Shown here in pieces: positions 14,074 through 24,758 of a stretch of 64,000 nt of DNA (within the stretch, counting starts at the first letter, position 1; every line of letters starts with the position of its first letter). Source of the DNA: Malacoraja senta (Eukaryota). The translations under genes and the position numbers were made by a program. The notes beneath the pieces are model-generated. The model saw nothing but the letters and a program-made list of their open reading frames with translations, searched no databases and had not been told where the DNA came from. The DNA is taken from NCBI GenBank assembly GCA_038087875.1, contig JAXLNO010000202.1, forward strand, positions 62,001 to 126,000, written 5' to 3'.

Positions 14074-16010
14074 CCATGGAGGTAGGTGGGTCTGGTTCCT
14101 GCCAGCATATAGAGAATAAGGGTGCTTTACTAACAGGGGGGAGATTACACTTGTTTAAAGAAGCATGGGTTACTGTCACGAGTGACAAGTATATACTCAA
14201 CAGCATTAGTGGATATAAAATTCAGTTCATGTCAGAACAGTCGCCGCCAGTTCAGCATTGGCCCCAAAGGGTATTTTCTCCCTCCGTCAAAGAGAAACGT
14301 GAGGGACAAGCTGAACTGGTGAGACTTATCACAAAGGGGGTCATCGAAAAGACCAAACATGAACCTTTGGAATTTGTATCAAATATATTCACTAAAACCA
14401 AAAAAGATGGGGGATGTCGCATCCTCATCGACTTAAGATCACTAAATAAGTTTGTTCAGTATATACATTTCAAAATGGAAACATTTGTTACTGCCAAACA
14501 ACTGATTTCCAAAGGATGTTTCATGGCAAGCATTGATCTTAGAGATGCGTACTATTCAGTCCCCATACACAAAGATCATTGCAGATACCTAAAATTTATC
14601 TGGTTGGGGCAGCTGTGGCAGTACAAAGCATTGCCCAATGGGCTAACTTCGGCCCCAAGATTATTTACCAAAATATTGAAAATAGCCATGGCAATACTAA
14701 GAAAACAAAAACATATTGTCATGGCATATTTGGATGATATTCTGATAGTAGGGAAAACGAAGGAATTGGCTGTGGCAGCAGTATCAGCTACAAAACAGCT
14801 CCTCGAATCTCTGGGGTTCATCATCCATCCAGATAAATCTAAGTTGAAGCCATCCACTATCATGGACTACCTGGGCTTCACAATTAACTCAGTCCATATG
14901 ACTGTTACCTTGCCAAAGGAAAAAATGGTTGCATTAGCACAATCATGCAACAATTTAATGGTCAACAAACGACCAACTATTCGACAAGTAGCAAGAGTGA
15001 TTGGGAAAATGGTAGCAGCATTTCCGGCTACACAATTCGGACCTTTGCACTATCAAAATTTACAAAGAGCAAAGGTACAGGCACTAAAGCGACATACAGG
15101 TCACTATGATCGTGTCATGAAATTACCCACTGAAGCAATATCAGAGCTACAGTGGTGGGCAGAAAATGTTTGGCATAGTGTCAGCTCTATCATTATCACT
15201 AATCCTACTTTAGTTCTTCAAACAGATGCCAGTGCTCAAGGCTGGGGAGCAACTAACTCCATATCCAGCACAGGTGGTAGATGGACTAACCTAGAGTCAT
15301 CGTTACTACTAACACTGGGCATTAACTATCTAGAGATGTTGGGAGCCTTTTATGGTTTAAAAGCATATGTATCTACTATGCAGCACTTGCATGTTCGATT
15401 ACAAATAGATAATACTACGGTGGTGGCTTATATTAACCATATGGGCGGCATAAAATCACTATCATGCGACAAATTGGTCAATGTGATTTGGCAATGGTGT
15501 GTCGAAAGACATATTTGGCTATCAGCTACTTATCTACCAGGTAAGCTAAACAAAGTGGCAGACACCAGGTCACGCAAATTCAATGATAACATAGAATGGA
15601 TGTTAAACCCTAAAGTATTTGCTAAAGTTATTAAGCAGTATGGAACGCCAGATATTGATTTATTTGCATCACGACTAAATCACCAGTTACCTATGTATGT
15701 CGCTTGGGAACCAGACCCAGAGGCAGCAGCGCTAGATGCCTTCACGCTGGATTGGGGAAAGTTCTTCTTCTATGCTTTCCCTCCCTTCTGCCTCATCAGT
15801 CGGGTACTTCGCAAAATACAGATGGACTCTGCTTCTGGAATTTTGATGGTGCCCGACTGGCCTACACAGCCATGGTTCCCGGTTCTACATGACATGGTGG
15901 TTGAGTCACCAATGGTCTTTCCCAGTGATCCAGGATTATTAACTCACCCAGTAACAGGCATAAGCCACCCATGTCATGAGAAAATTAAACTCCTGGGTTG
16001 CAGGTTTTGA
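13986..16010 (+). CDS. DIRS ORF2: reverse transcriptase, RNase H and DAM-methyltransferase-like domain (likely start ATG 14076)
   Basis: GGRL; R.LIDLR.LN; SIDLRDAYY; LPNGLTSAPRLF; YLDD; RNase H QTDAS / INYLE / DNTT; MT-like DIDLFAS...DAF...YAFPPF. Confidence 0.95.
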   Translation: MENAPPPNIASTSDKQTVQKPQETKETPITMEVGGSGSCQHIENKGALLTGGRLHLFKEAWVTVTSDKYILNSISGYKIQFMSEQSPPVQHWPQRVFSPSVKEKREGQAELVRLITKGVIEKTKHEPLEFVSNIFTKTKKDGGCRILIDLRSLNKFVQYIHFKMETFVTAKQLISKGCFMASIDLRDAYYSVPIHKDHCRYLKFIWLGQLWQYKALPNGLTSAPRLFTKILKIAMAILRKQKHIVMAYLDDILIVGKTKELAVAAVSATKQLLESLGFIIHPDKSKLKPSTIMDYLGFTINSVHMTVTLPKEKMVALAQSCNNLMVNKRPTIRQVARVIGKMVAAFPATQFGPLHYQNLQRAKVQALKRHTGHYDRVMKLPTEAISELQWWAENVWHSVSSIIITNPTLVLQTDASAQGWGATNSISSTGGRWTNLESSLLLTLGINYLEMLGAFYGLKAYVSTMQHLHVRLQIDNTTVVAYINHMGGIKSLSCDKLVNVIWQWCVERHIWLSATYLPGKLNKVADTRSRKFNDNIEWMLNPKVFAKVIKQYGTPDIDLFASRLNHQLPMYVAWEPDPEAAALDAFTLDWGKFFFYAFPPFCLISRVLRKIQMDSASGILMVPDWPTQPWFPVLHDMVVESPMVFPSDPGLLTHPVTGISHPCHEKIKLLGCRF

Positions 16011-16981
16011 ATAGACCTTATCTGGAACTGGGATTGTCCGAACGTACCATCACCACCATGTCGGCATCCCTTCGAACATCCACCAAGAGGCAGTACTTAA
16101 GCAGCATAAGAAAATGGGAGAAGTATTGCCAGGAAACAGGAACAACGTATGCAACAGCCACAGCCACCAACGTACTGGAATTCCTGGCCCATCTACACCA
16201 TGATGAAGGGATTAGTTACAGTGCCATCAACACAGCGCGGTGTGCTCTTTCTGCGTATCTCAAACCAGCAGGACAACAGGCAATGGGATCACATCCACTG
16301 GTGGTAAAACTGATGAAGGGTATTTATAATATCAAGCCCCCTAAACCCAGGTATACCCATATTTGGGATATCAGTGTGGTCCTGACATACCTCAGGGCAT
16401 GGCCACCAGCCAGATCCCTCAGCCTCGAGCAATCTACATTAAAGACGCTCATGTTGATGGCACTCGTATCCGCTCAGAGGGTTCAGTCACTACACAAGTT
16501 AAGGCTGGACAACATGGTGACCACCCCAGATCAGATCACATTCATCATACAGGGTCTGGTGAAGCAAAGCAGGCCAGGAACAGCGAATCCACTGGTGGTA
16601 TTCCGGGCATACCCACAAGAGCCACGCTTGTGTGTCGTGACCCATCTACAACATTATATAGACACAACCCACAATATCAGAGGGAGTGAAAAAGCCTTAT
16701 GGGTCAGCCACAAGAAACCTCATGGCCGGGTAACGAGCCAAACCATTGCAAGATGGCTCAAACAGGTGCTGAAGGCTGCCGGAATAGATACTAATACATT
16801 TAAATCTCATTCCACTAGGGCAGCATCTACATCAACGGCGGAAAGAATGGACGTACCGGTTGACCATATTCTGAATACAGCAGGATGGTCGAGGGAAACG
16901 ACATTCAGAACTTTTTATAATAAGCCGTTGATGAAACCAGATTTATTTGCAGAGAAAATATTAGAAGCTGCAAATATATAA
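15998..16981 (+). CDS. DIRS ORF3: tyrosine recombinase
   Basis: Catalytic set R (SAQR), K (VKQSR), HxxR (HSTR), W (AGW), Y (FYNK). Confidence 0.95.
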   Translation: MQVLNRPYLELGLSERTITTMSASLRTSTKRQYLSSIRKWEKYCQETGTTYATATATNVLEFLAHLHHDEGISYSAINTARCALSAYLKPAGQQAMGSHPLVVKLMKGIYNIKPPKPRYTHIWDISVVLTYLRAWPPARSLSLEQSTLKTLMLMALVSAQRVQSLHKLRLDNMVTTPDQITFIIQGLVKQSRPGTANPLVVFRAYPQEPRLCVVTHLQHYIDTTHNIRGSEKALWVSHKKPHGRVTSQTIARWLKQVLKAAGIDTNTFKSHSTRAASTSTAERMDVPVDHILNTAGWSRETTFRTFYNKPLMKPDLFAEKILEAANI

Positions 16982-17149
16982 TTTAAAGCCCGGGGGAGCT
17001 ATTTAATTTTGTTATTGTTAATAAATACCTTTTTTGTTTCTTGAGAAACGGATTCATTGGTTGATTACGATAACACTTCCTCCCTCAAGAACTTTCGGCA
17101 GTGAGTGAAATAAAACTGTTACACGGTTTGAAATCACAGAGCTTTGAAA

Positions 17150-17262
17150 TCTTCACGAAGTCACTCACGTGACTCCGAAGTAAAATAGTAAGATTAAACG
17201 AGAACTTACCAGTTTGAAGTTTGATCTGTATTTTATGAGGAGTTACGATGAGGGATTACGTG
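17150..17262 (+). repeat. DIRS internal complementary region (ICR)
   Basis: 17150-17186 is the reverse complement of the left end 12984-13020; 17180-17262 is the reverse complement of the right end 17411-17493. Confidence 0.93.
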
Positions 17263-17380
17263 CCCTCCGCTCCCACCCTCATTATATGGATCAAACTAAT
17301 AAATTGATGTCTCCTTTTCTTTACTATGTTTACTTCAAATACCTGTGTCTATCTGTGATTCCACACCGCTGCTTGGAAGT

Positions 17381-17414
17381 ATGCCGCGCCTGCGCACTGA
17401 GCGGGTTCTTCACG
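17381..17414 (-). repeat. DIRS right inverted terminal repeat core
   Basis: Reverse complement of 13013-13046. Confidence 0.92.
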
Positions 17415-17628
17415 TAATCCCTCATCGTAACTCCTCATAAAATACAGATCAAACTTCAAACTGGTAAGTTCTCGTTTAATCTTACTATTTTACAGCATTT
17501 AAACAGCTTCTTATACTTCTGTCTGTATGGAGTTTGCACGTTCTCCCTGTGACCTGCGTGGGTTTTTCCGGGTGCTCCGGTTTCCCCCCACACTCCAAAG
17601 ATGTGCAGGTTTGTAGGTTGATTGGTTC

Positions 17629-17885
17629 TGGAGTAACTCAGCGGGTCGGGCAGCATCTGTGGAGAACATGGATAGGTGACGTTTCACAGAGTGCTGGAGT
17701 AACTCAGCGGGTCAGGCAGCATCTGTGGAGAACATGGATAGGTGACGTTTCACAGAGTGCTGGAGTAACTCAGTGGGTCAGGCAGCATCTGTGGAGAACA
17801 TGGATAGGTGACGTTTCACAGAGTGCTGGAGTTACTCAGCGGGTCAGGCAGCATCTGTGGAGAACATGGATAGGTGACGTTTCAG
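17629..17885 (-). repeat. 66-bp tandem repeat (~4 units) derived from the Penelope-like pLTR
   Basis: Repeating gctggagtaactcagcgggtcaggcagcatctgtggagaacatggataggtgacgtttcacagagt; ~3 units at 22244-22433. Confidence 0.9.
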
Positions 17886-18483
17886 ATTGGAACCTTTCTT
17901 CAGACTTTGAAAAGGTCTTCCAACAATTCAGGATTGGGTTCTGCATAGGTTCTTTATAATTTACTGAGTCCATGGAAGGCAGTATATAAATACAAACTAT
18001 GTTTTCTTTAGTGAAAGGGGATTTGTGAAGTTGAAAGAGTATTTTAAGGCAGCAAATATGTGCTGGAAAATACTAAGGGGCAAACGCCCTCTCAGATTGC
18101 AAACACTAATCTCACACGCCCTGGAATTAGTGCTCCATTTGCCTGATCTCTGTACCTTTATAAATACATTAACTAATAATCGGAAAAAACAATGTCAATA
18201 GTTTAATGCCACTTATATAACAGCAGGAGAAATAGGTCATGGTGACAATCACTGATCGGGAATTCTCTTCCAGCTATGGCCTATCCCAGGAGAACAGCCA
18301 GGGGCCAGCAGATGACACAAAGCTGGGTGGCAGTGTGAACTGTGAGGAGGATGCAATGAGAGTGCAGGGTGACTTGGACAGGCTGGGGTAGTGGGCAGAT
18401 GCATGGCAGATGAGGTTTAATGCGGATAAATGTGAGGTTATCCATTTAAAAATGGATGCTGCCTGACCTGCTTAGTTACTCAC

Positions 18484-21400
18484 TACTGTCTCCGCTTCTT
18501 CCTTTCATCTTCCCGCCCCCCTCCCCCCCCCTCTCCCCCCACATCAGGCTGAAGAAGGGTCTCGACCCGAAACGTCGCCTATTCCTTCGCTCCATAGATG
18601 CTGCCATACGCGCTGAGTTTCTCCAGCATTTTTGTCTACCTTTCTTTAAGTTCAGGAACCTGGTGTCTCAATTAACCGTGTCACTCTCCATCTTAATGCA
18701 GAATTCTACCCAACTACAGCCAGTGTTGCCCGAGGGACTTGGCACAACAAGATTGCTAACTAATCCTTCCTCGTTACGCAATACCCAGTCCAGGATGGCC
18801 TGCCCTCCAGGATGGCCTGCTCTCTAGTCGGTTCCTCTACAAATTGGCTTAGAAAACCATCCCGCAAACATTTATTGTGTAATAAAGCATCAAAGAATAT
18901 AAGTTTGTTAACGATTATATAAATTTGACTTAATTACTTCAATAAATATGTAGGTTAGTGATTTGCCTCCAACCATCGGAGCCACACCCTTGATGTATAT
19001 CTGAGTCACTGAGCCAGCTTCATCAGTCTACAAATATCTTGACATACAGTAACTGTAGCAACTTGCTGCTCTATGGCTAACTTACATCAGATGTCCCAAC
19101 CCAGCGATCAGTAGACACATATCGCCAGGACTAGCACAAGGTGGACCACCCTCCATTCATCTGTTGCCGCCACAAGTGATTTCTACTCTCCGTCTCATCC
19201 ATTGATCCAACAGGTAACTGGGCGATTGTCGTTAAACCGCTGAGCTTGGGGGCCAATGAGTTAAACACTTTTATTCTAACACTGAATTTTTCGATTCTGC
19301 CCACAAAGCAGATCAAGTTAAAGTGAACCTTTACTGAACGGGACACAAGGTGTTTGATCGTCTGATCATTATATTCTTGCTGTTTATATGAATTATTAAT
19401 TTTTATATCTGCATTTATAAACTCATTGTTTCCTTCATTGAGTTAAATGCAACTTAAATGCAAGAAGAGATGGAGAGGTAGTGAAACTGATGAATGACTA
19501 CACAACATACAAACCAAATACACAGGAAATTAACAAATTAAAACTTCTCTGAACATTTTGCTTTTAAAATAATTTTGAGAAGCAGCCTTGAATACAGACT
19601 TAGCAAGAATCCTCTTGCCTCAGTTGTTGGACAAAAATCACGAGTTTAGTTTGTCGTTGGATGAGCTAACTTCTCTTCGTCATTCTATGTGAAAGAGAAT
19701 ATCTAACTCTAAAACAACCTTGTTCATTCTGACAATCTGCACCTCGTATTCAAGGGTAAGACTGGATTTTATGCTGTTACTAATTGTGTAATCTTTAGAT
19801 ATGAAACTGGTGAAGGCTGCAACAGGATATTGATCAGTTGGGTAGGTGGGTAAAGCAATGGTTAATGGAATTTAATGTAAGTGCAATGTATTGCATTTTG
19901 CAAAGTCTAACATGGACAGGACCTACACAGTGAATGGTAGGGCTCTGTTGAGTGATGTAGAACAGAGGCATTATGGAGCACAGCTACATAGTTCCATGAA
20001 AATGGTGTCACGAGTAGATAAGGTGGTCAAGAAGACCTTCATCAGTCGGGGTGTTGAGTATAGAAGTTGGGATGCTATTTTACAGCTGTACAAGGTACTG
20101 GAGAGGCTACAGTTTGAATATTGTGTTCAGTTTTGACCACCTTGCTGCAGGACATATGTTGTAAAGCTGGAAAGAGTGCAGAGAAGATTTATGGGGAGTG
20201 TAGGAGGATAAGAGGTGGTCTTATAGAGGTGTATACAATCAGGAGGGGAATAGATAGCATAGATGTACAGTCTTTTACCCAGAGTAGGGGAACCAAGAAC
20301 CATAGGACACAGATCTCAGGTGAGAGGGGAAATAATTAATAGGAACCTGAGAGGCAACCTTTTCACTCAGGATGGTGGGTGTATGGAACAAGCTGCTAGA
20401 GGAGGTTGTTGAGGCAGAAACTAAAACAAGGGAAGCAGCCGGAAGTACTTGTGCATGTAGGCACAAACGACATAGGTAAGAATAGGAAGGAGGTTCTGCA
20501 ACGTGAGTATAGAGAATTATGTAGGAGGCTGAATAGCAGGACCTCCAGGGTGGTGATCTCTGGGTTGCTTCCAGTACCTCGTGCTAGTGAGGGCAGGAAC
20601 AGGGAGATAGGGGATCTGAATGTGTGGCTGACGAGTTGGTGCAGGGGGCAGGGATTTAGATTTCTGGACCACTGGGATGTCTTCTAGGGCAGGGGTGACC
20701 TGTACAAAAGGGATGGGTTGCACCTTAATTGGAGGGGCAGCAACATTCTGGTGGGCAGGTTTGCAAGTGCTACACGGGTGGGTTTAAACTAAATAGTGGG
20801 GGGGATGGAGTCACCAATGTGGAAGCGTACGCGTGCAGTTAACGAGAAAGAGGGTGCAGGAAAGGTCACGGAAGTCTCCAGTAATAACAGGACAGAACAT
20901 TTATAAAGGGGAAGAGAGTAAGGTCGGGTTAAGTCGGGATGGTTGTGAGAGGTGGTCAACACTGAAGTGAAGGTATTATTTGAATGCATGTAGCATAAGG
21001 AACAAAGTGGATGAGCTTGTTGCACAGTTGGACATTGGCAGGTGTGATGTTGTTGGCATTACGGAGATGGATCGGAGCTGGGAACTGAATATTCAGTGTT
21101 TTACGTGCAATCGCAAGGACAGACATGTGGGCAGAGGGGCTGGAATAGCAGTGCTGGCAAGGAATGAAATTCAGTCCTTAGCAAAGGGTGACATAGGATC
21201 AGAAGATGTAGAGTCCTTGTGGGTAGCACTGCTCTCTGGTTGTGGTAGGATGGTTCAGTTGCCTGAGAACAGCTGGGAAGAAACTGTCCCTGAATCTGGA
21301 GGTGTGTGTTTTCACACTTCTGTTCCTCTTGCCTGATGGGAGAGGGGAGAATAGAGAGTGACCGGAGTGAGACTGGTCCTTGATTAAGAAAAATTAAACA

Positions 21401-22992
21401 GTTGTGATGGATTTTCAGATCTGAGTTTGGGTCGATTGTGTTTAATTGTTGCATGTACGGTAGGTAGTGCAGTCGCAACTGTGTATACACGTATGGGGAC
21501 GAGGCAGACTGACCTGGACATTACTAATGTAGAGAGCATGCTGACCGGTTGCATCGTGGCTTGGTTCGGCAACTTGAGTGCCCTGGAGAGGAAAAGACTA
21601 CAAAAAGTAGTAAACACTGCCCAGTCCATCATCGGCTCTGACCTCCCTTCCATCGAGGGGATCTACCACAGTCGCTGCCTCAAAAAGGCTGGCAGCATCA
21701 TCAAGGACCCACACCATCCTGGCCACACACTCATCTCCCTACTACCTTCAGGTAGAAGGTACAGGAGCCTGAAGACTGCAACGACCAGGTTCAGGAACAG
21801 CTACTTCCCCACAGCCATCAGGCTATTAAACCTGGCTCGGACATAACACTGAACTTTATTAGCCAATACTGTTATTTGCACTTTATCAGTATATTGACCA
21901 TTGTGTATATATTTATAGAACGCCTTGCAGTAAATGCCTACTATGTTCTGTTGTGCTCAAGCAAAGCAAGAATTTCATTGTCCTACCAGGGACACATGAC
22001 AATAAACTCACTTGACTTGACTTGACTAATGGCAGCAACCCTCCCCGTGACCAGTGGAGTCACTTCCTTCATTCATCCTTTACTCTCACTCCTGTAGATG
22101 CCGATTTTACAGCATTTAAACAGCTTCTTATCCTTGTGTGTACGGAGTTTGCACGTTCTCCCTGTGACCTTTGTGGGGTTTTCCGCATGCTCCGGTTTCC
22201 CCCCACACTGCAAAGATGTGCAGGTTTGTAGGTTGATTGGTTCTGGAGTAACTCAGCGGGTCAGGCAGCATCTGTGGAGAACATGGATAGGTGACGTTTC
22301 ACAGAGTGCTGGAGTAACTCAGCGGGTCAGGCAGCATCTGTGGAGAACATGGATAGGTGACGTTTCACACAGTGCTGGAGTAACTCAGCGGGTCAGGCAG
22401 CATCTGTGGAGAACATGGATAGGTGACGTTTCAGATTGGAACCTTTCTTCAGACTTTGAAAAGGTCTTCCAACAATTCAGGATTGGGTTCTGCATAGGAT
22501 CTTTATAATTTACTGAGTCCATGGAAGGCAGTATATAAATACAAACTATGTTTTCTTTTGTGTAAGGGGATTTGTGAAGTTGAAAGAGTATTTTAAGGCA
22601 GCAAATATGTGCTGGAAAATACTAAGGGGCAAACGCCCTCTCAGATTGCAAACAATAATCTCACACGCCCTGGAATTAGTGCTCCATTTGCCTGATCTCT
22701 GTACCTTTATAAATACATTAACTAATAATCGGAAAAAACAATGTCACTAGTTTATTGCCACTTATATAACAGCAGGAGAAATAGGTCATGGTGACAATCA
22801 CTGATCGGGAAGTCCCTTCCAGCTATGGCCTATCCCAGGAGAACAGCCGGGGGCCAGCAGATGACACAAAGCTGGGTGGCAGTGTGAACTGTGAGGAGGA
22901 TGCTATGAGAATGCATGGTGACTTGCACAGGTTGGGGGAGTGGGCAGATGCATGTCAGATGAAGTTTAATGCGGATAAATGTGAGGTTATCC
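18484..22992 (+). repeat. Segmental duplication copy B (no DIRS, no full-length CR1, has a private Rex1-like insertion)
   Basis: Colinear with 5364-5436 + 9843-12990 + 17494-18445. Confidence 0.92.
21530..22024 (+). mobile_element. Rex1/Babar-like LINE 3' fragment with 7-bp target site duplication ACTAATG
   Basis: Peptide ESMLTGCIVAWFGN...LQKVV...HPGH..LLPSGRRYRS..RFRNSYFP.AIRLLN; aataaa plus (acttg)n tail; TSD at 21523-21529 and 22025-22031; copy A has a single actaatg. Confidence 0.85.
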
Positions 22993-23790
22993 ACTTTGGT
23001 AGCAAAAACAGGAAGGCAGATTACTATCTAAATGGCGTCAAGTTGGGAAAGGGGGAAGTACAACGGGATCTGGGGGTCCTTGTACATCAGTCTATGAAAG
23101 TAAGCATGCAGGTACAGCAGGCAGTGAAGAAAGCGAATGGCATGTTGACCTTTATAACAAGAGGAATCAAATATAGGAGCAAAGAGGTCCTTCTGCAGTT
23201 GCACAGAGCCCTAGTGAGACCATACCTGGAGTGCAGTTTTGGTCCCCTAATTTGAATAAGGACATTCTTGCTATTGAGGGAGTGCAGCGTAGGTTTACAA
23301 GGTTAATTCCCGGGAAGGCGGGACCGTCCTATGCTGAGAGAATGGAGCAGCTGGGCTTGTACACTCTGGAGTTTAGAAGGATGAGAGGGATTCTCTTTGA
23401 AACATATAAGATTGTTAAGGGTTTGGACACGCTAGAGGCAGGAAACATGTTCCCGATGTTGGGGGAGTCCAGAACCAGGGGCCACAGTTTAAGAATAAGG
23501 AGTAAGCCATTAAGAACGGAGACGAGGAAACACTTTTTCTCACAGAGAGTTGTGAGTCTGTGGAATTCTCTGCCTCAGAAGACGGTGGAGGCAGGTTCTC
23601 TGGATGCTTTCAAGAGAGAGCTAGATAGGGCTCTTAAAAATAGCGGTCAGGGGATATGGGGAGAAGGCAGGAATGGGGTACTGATTGGGGATGATCAGCC
23701 ATGATCACATTGAATGGCAGTGCTGGCTCGAAGGGCCGAATGGCCTACTCCTGCACCTATTGTCTATTGTTTATTGTCTATTGTCTATAA
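22856..23790 (+). mobile_element. CR1 LINE 3' fragment
   Basis: ADDTKLGG...; ORFs 22788-23255 and 23231-23704; (tattgtc)n tail. Confidence 0.9.
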
Positions 23791-23904
23791 CATACAGTAC
23801 AGCACAGGAAGAGGCCCTTTTGCCCACATGTGTGTGTGGAACACAATGCCAAGACAAACTAATCTCCTCTGTCTACACATGTTCCATATCCCTCTATTAC
23901 CTGC

Positions 23905-24758
23905 ATGTGGGGGCGCTGCAAGCCGGCAGCCCTGCCGGCAGCGTGTTCATTTTTTAGTGTGTTTTAAGGTGTGTTTTTAATGTCTCTCTGTGTGTCTTGT
24001 GTCGAGGGTGTTGTGGGGGGGGGGGGGTAAGGGGGAAACCTCTTCGGTCGCCTCCTCCACGGAGAGGCAACTTTTTCCATGTCGTCTCTCCCGTGGCCTA
24101 ACATTGTGGATCGGTGCGGCCTTTCCCGGAGACTCTCGTCACGGAGCGGGCGAGCCCTCGCCGGGGCACGCCGGAGGGGAGCGCTCCATTCGCTGGCCCG
24201 CGGCAGCCTGAAGCCACGGTCTGCGGAGCCCCAGCTAGCGCAGCGTCCGCAGCCTCGGATCCCTCGTTGGGGATCCGGGAGGAGAAGAGCTCCGACCGCC
24301 GGCCCGTGGCCAACTTCTACCGCGGGCGCGGCGGGGACTTGCCATCAGGAGCGGGTTCCCTCGCTGGGGATCCCTGGAGAGGAACCCTGACCGCCGGCCC
24401 TGCGGTCTGCGGTGCTTCCGGCTGCGGCGCGGTGGGGACTTTAAATCTTCGACCGCCAGCCTGCGGCCTACATCAACCTGAAGCCGCGGTCTCCGGTGGG
24501 GAAGCAACGATTCAGGACTTACCTGGACTTTATCTGGACTTTGCCTTGTCTGAACTTCTGGACGAGGGTTGAGGTCCCGACCACGGGGGAAATGGAGGAG
24601 GACTGGCCAAATGTTGTGCCTTCCACCACAGTGATGAATGCTGTGGTGGTTGTTTGTGTTAAAAAAAAAAAATGTTTTTGTGTGTTCTTTTTCATTTTAC
24701 CGCTGCTGGCAAATTCATTTCACTTTATGTGCAAGTGACGAATAAAACTGATATTGAT
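23905..24758 (+). mobile_element. GC-rich non-autonomous retroposon-like element
   Basis: Shares a 5' pyrimidine/G-run block and a 3' gccttccaccacagtga...gtggtgg(a)tgtttgtgtt block with 35218-36080, 33722-34522 and 42890-43665; ends in aataaa plus a short tail. Confidence 0.6.

Larger units (their letters stand above)
12984..17493 (+). mobile_element. Intact DIRS1-type tyrosine-recombinase retrotransposon (~4.5 kb)
   Basis: Three uninterrupted ORFs (gag-like, RT-RH-MT, YR); inverted repeats 13013-13046 and 17381-17414; internal complementary region 17150-17262; absent from duplicate copy B at 22104-22110. Confidence 0.96.
9843..18445 (+). repeat. Segmental duplication copy A (contains the DIRS insertion; probably extends upstream to ~5364 across the CR1)
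   Basis: Colinear and highly similar to 18560-22992, including non-repeat sequence at 10150-11130 and 17900-18300. Confidence 0.93.

Noticed and set aside
15998..16981. Phage integrase / bacterial contamination
   Set aside because: The YR sits in canonical DIRS architecture and is integrated in vertebrate sequence with an empty paralogous site.
19131..19346. Possible terminal exon on - ending RNHLWRQQMNGGWSTLC in the duplicated unique region
   Set aside because: No recognisable homology, weak acceptor, and copy A has an in-frame stop in the upstream part; cannot be supported without RNA data.
23990..24572. Overlapping GC-rich ORFs (also 33826-34333, 35544-35937)
   Set aside because: Stop-poor GC-rich repeat cores with no domain signal and no frame conserved between copies.
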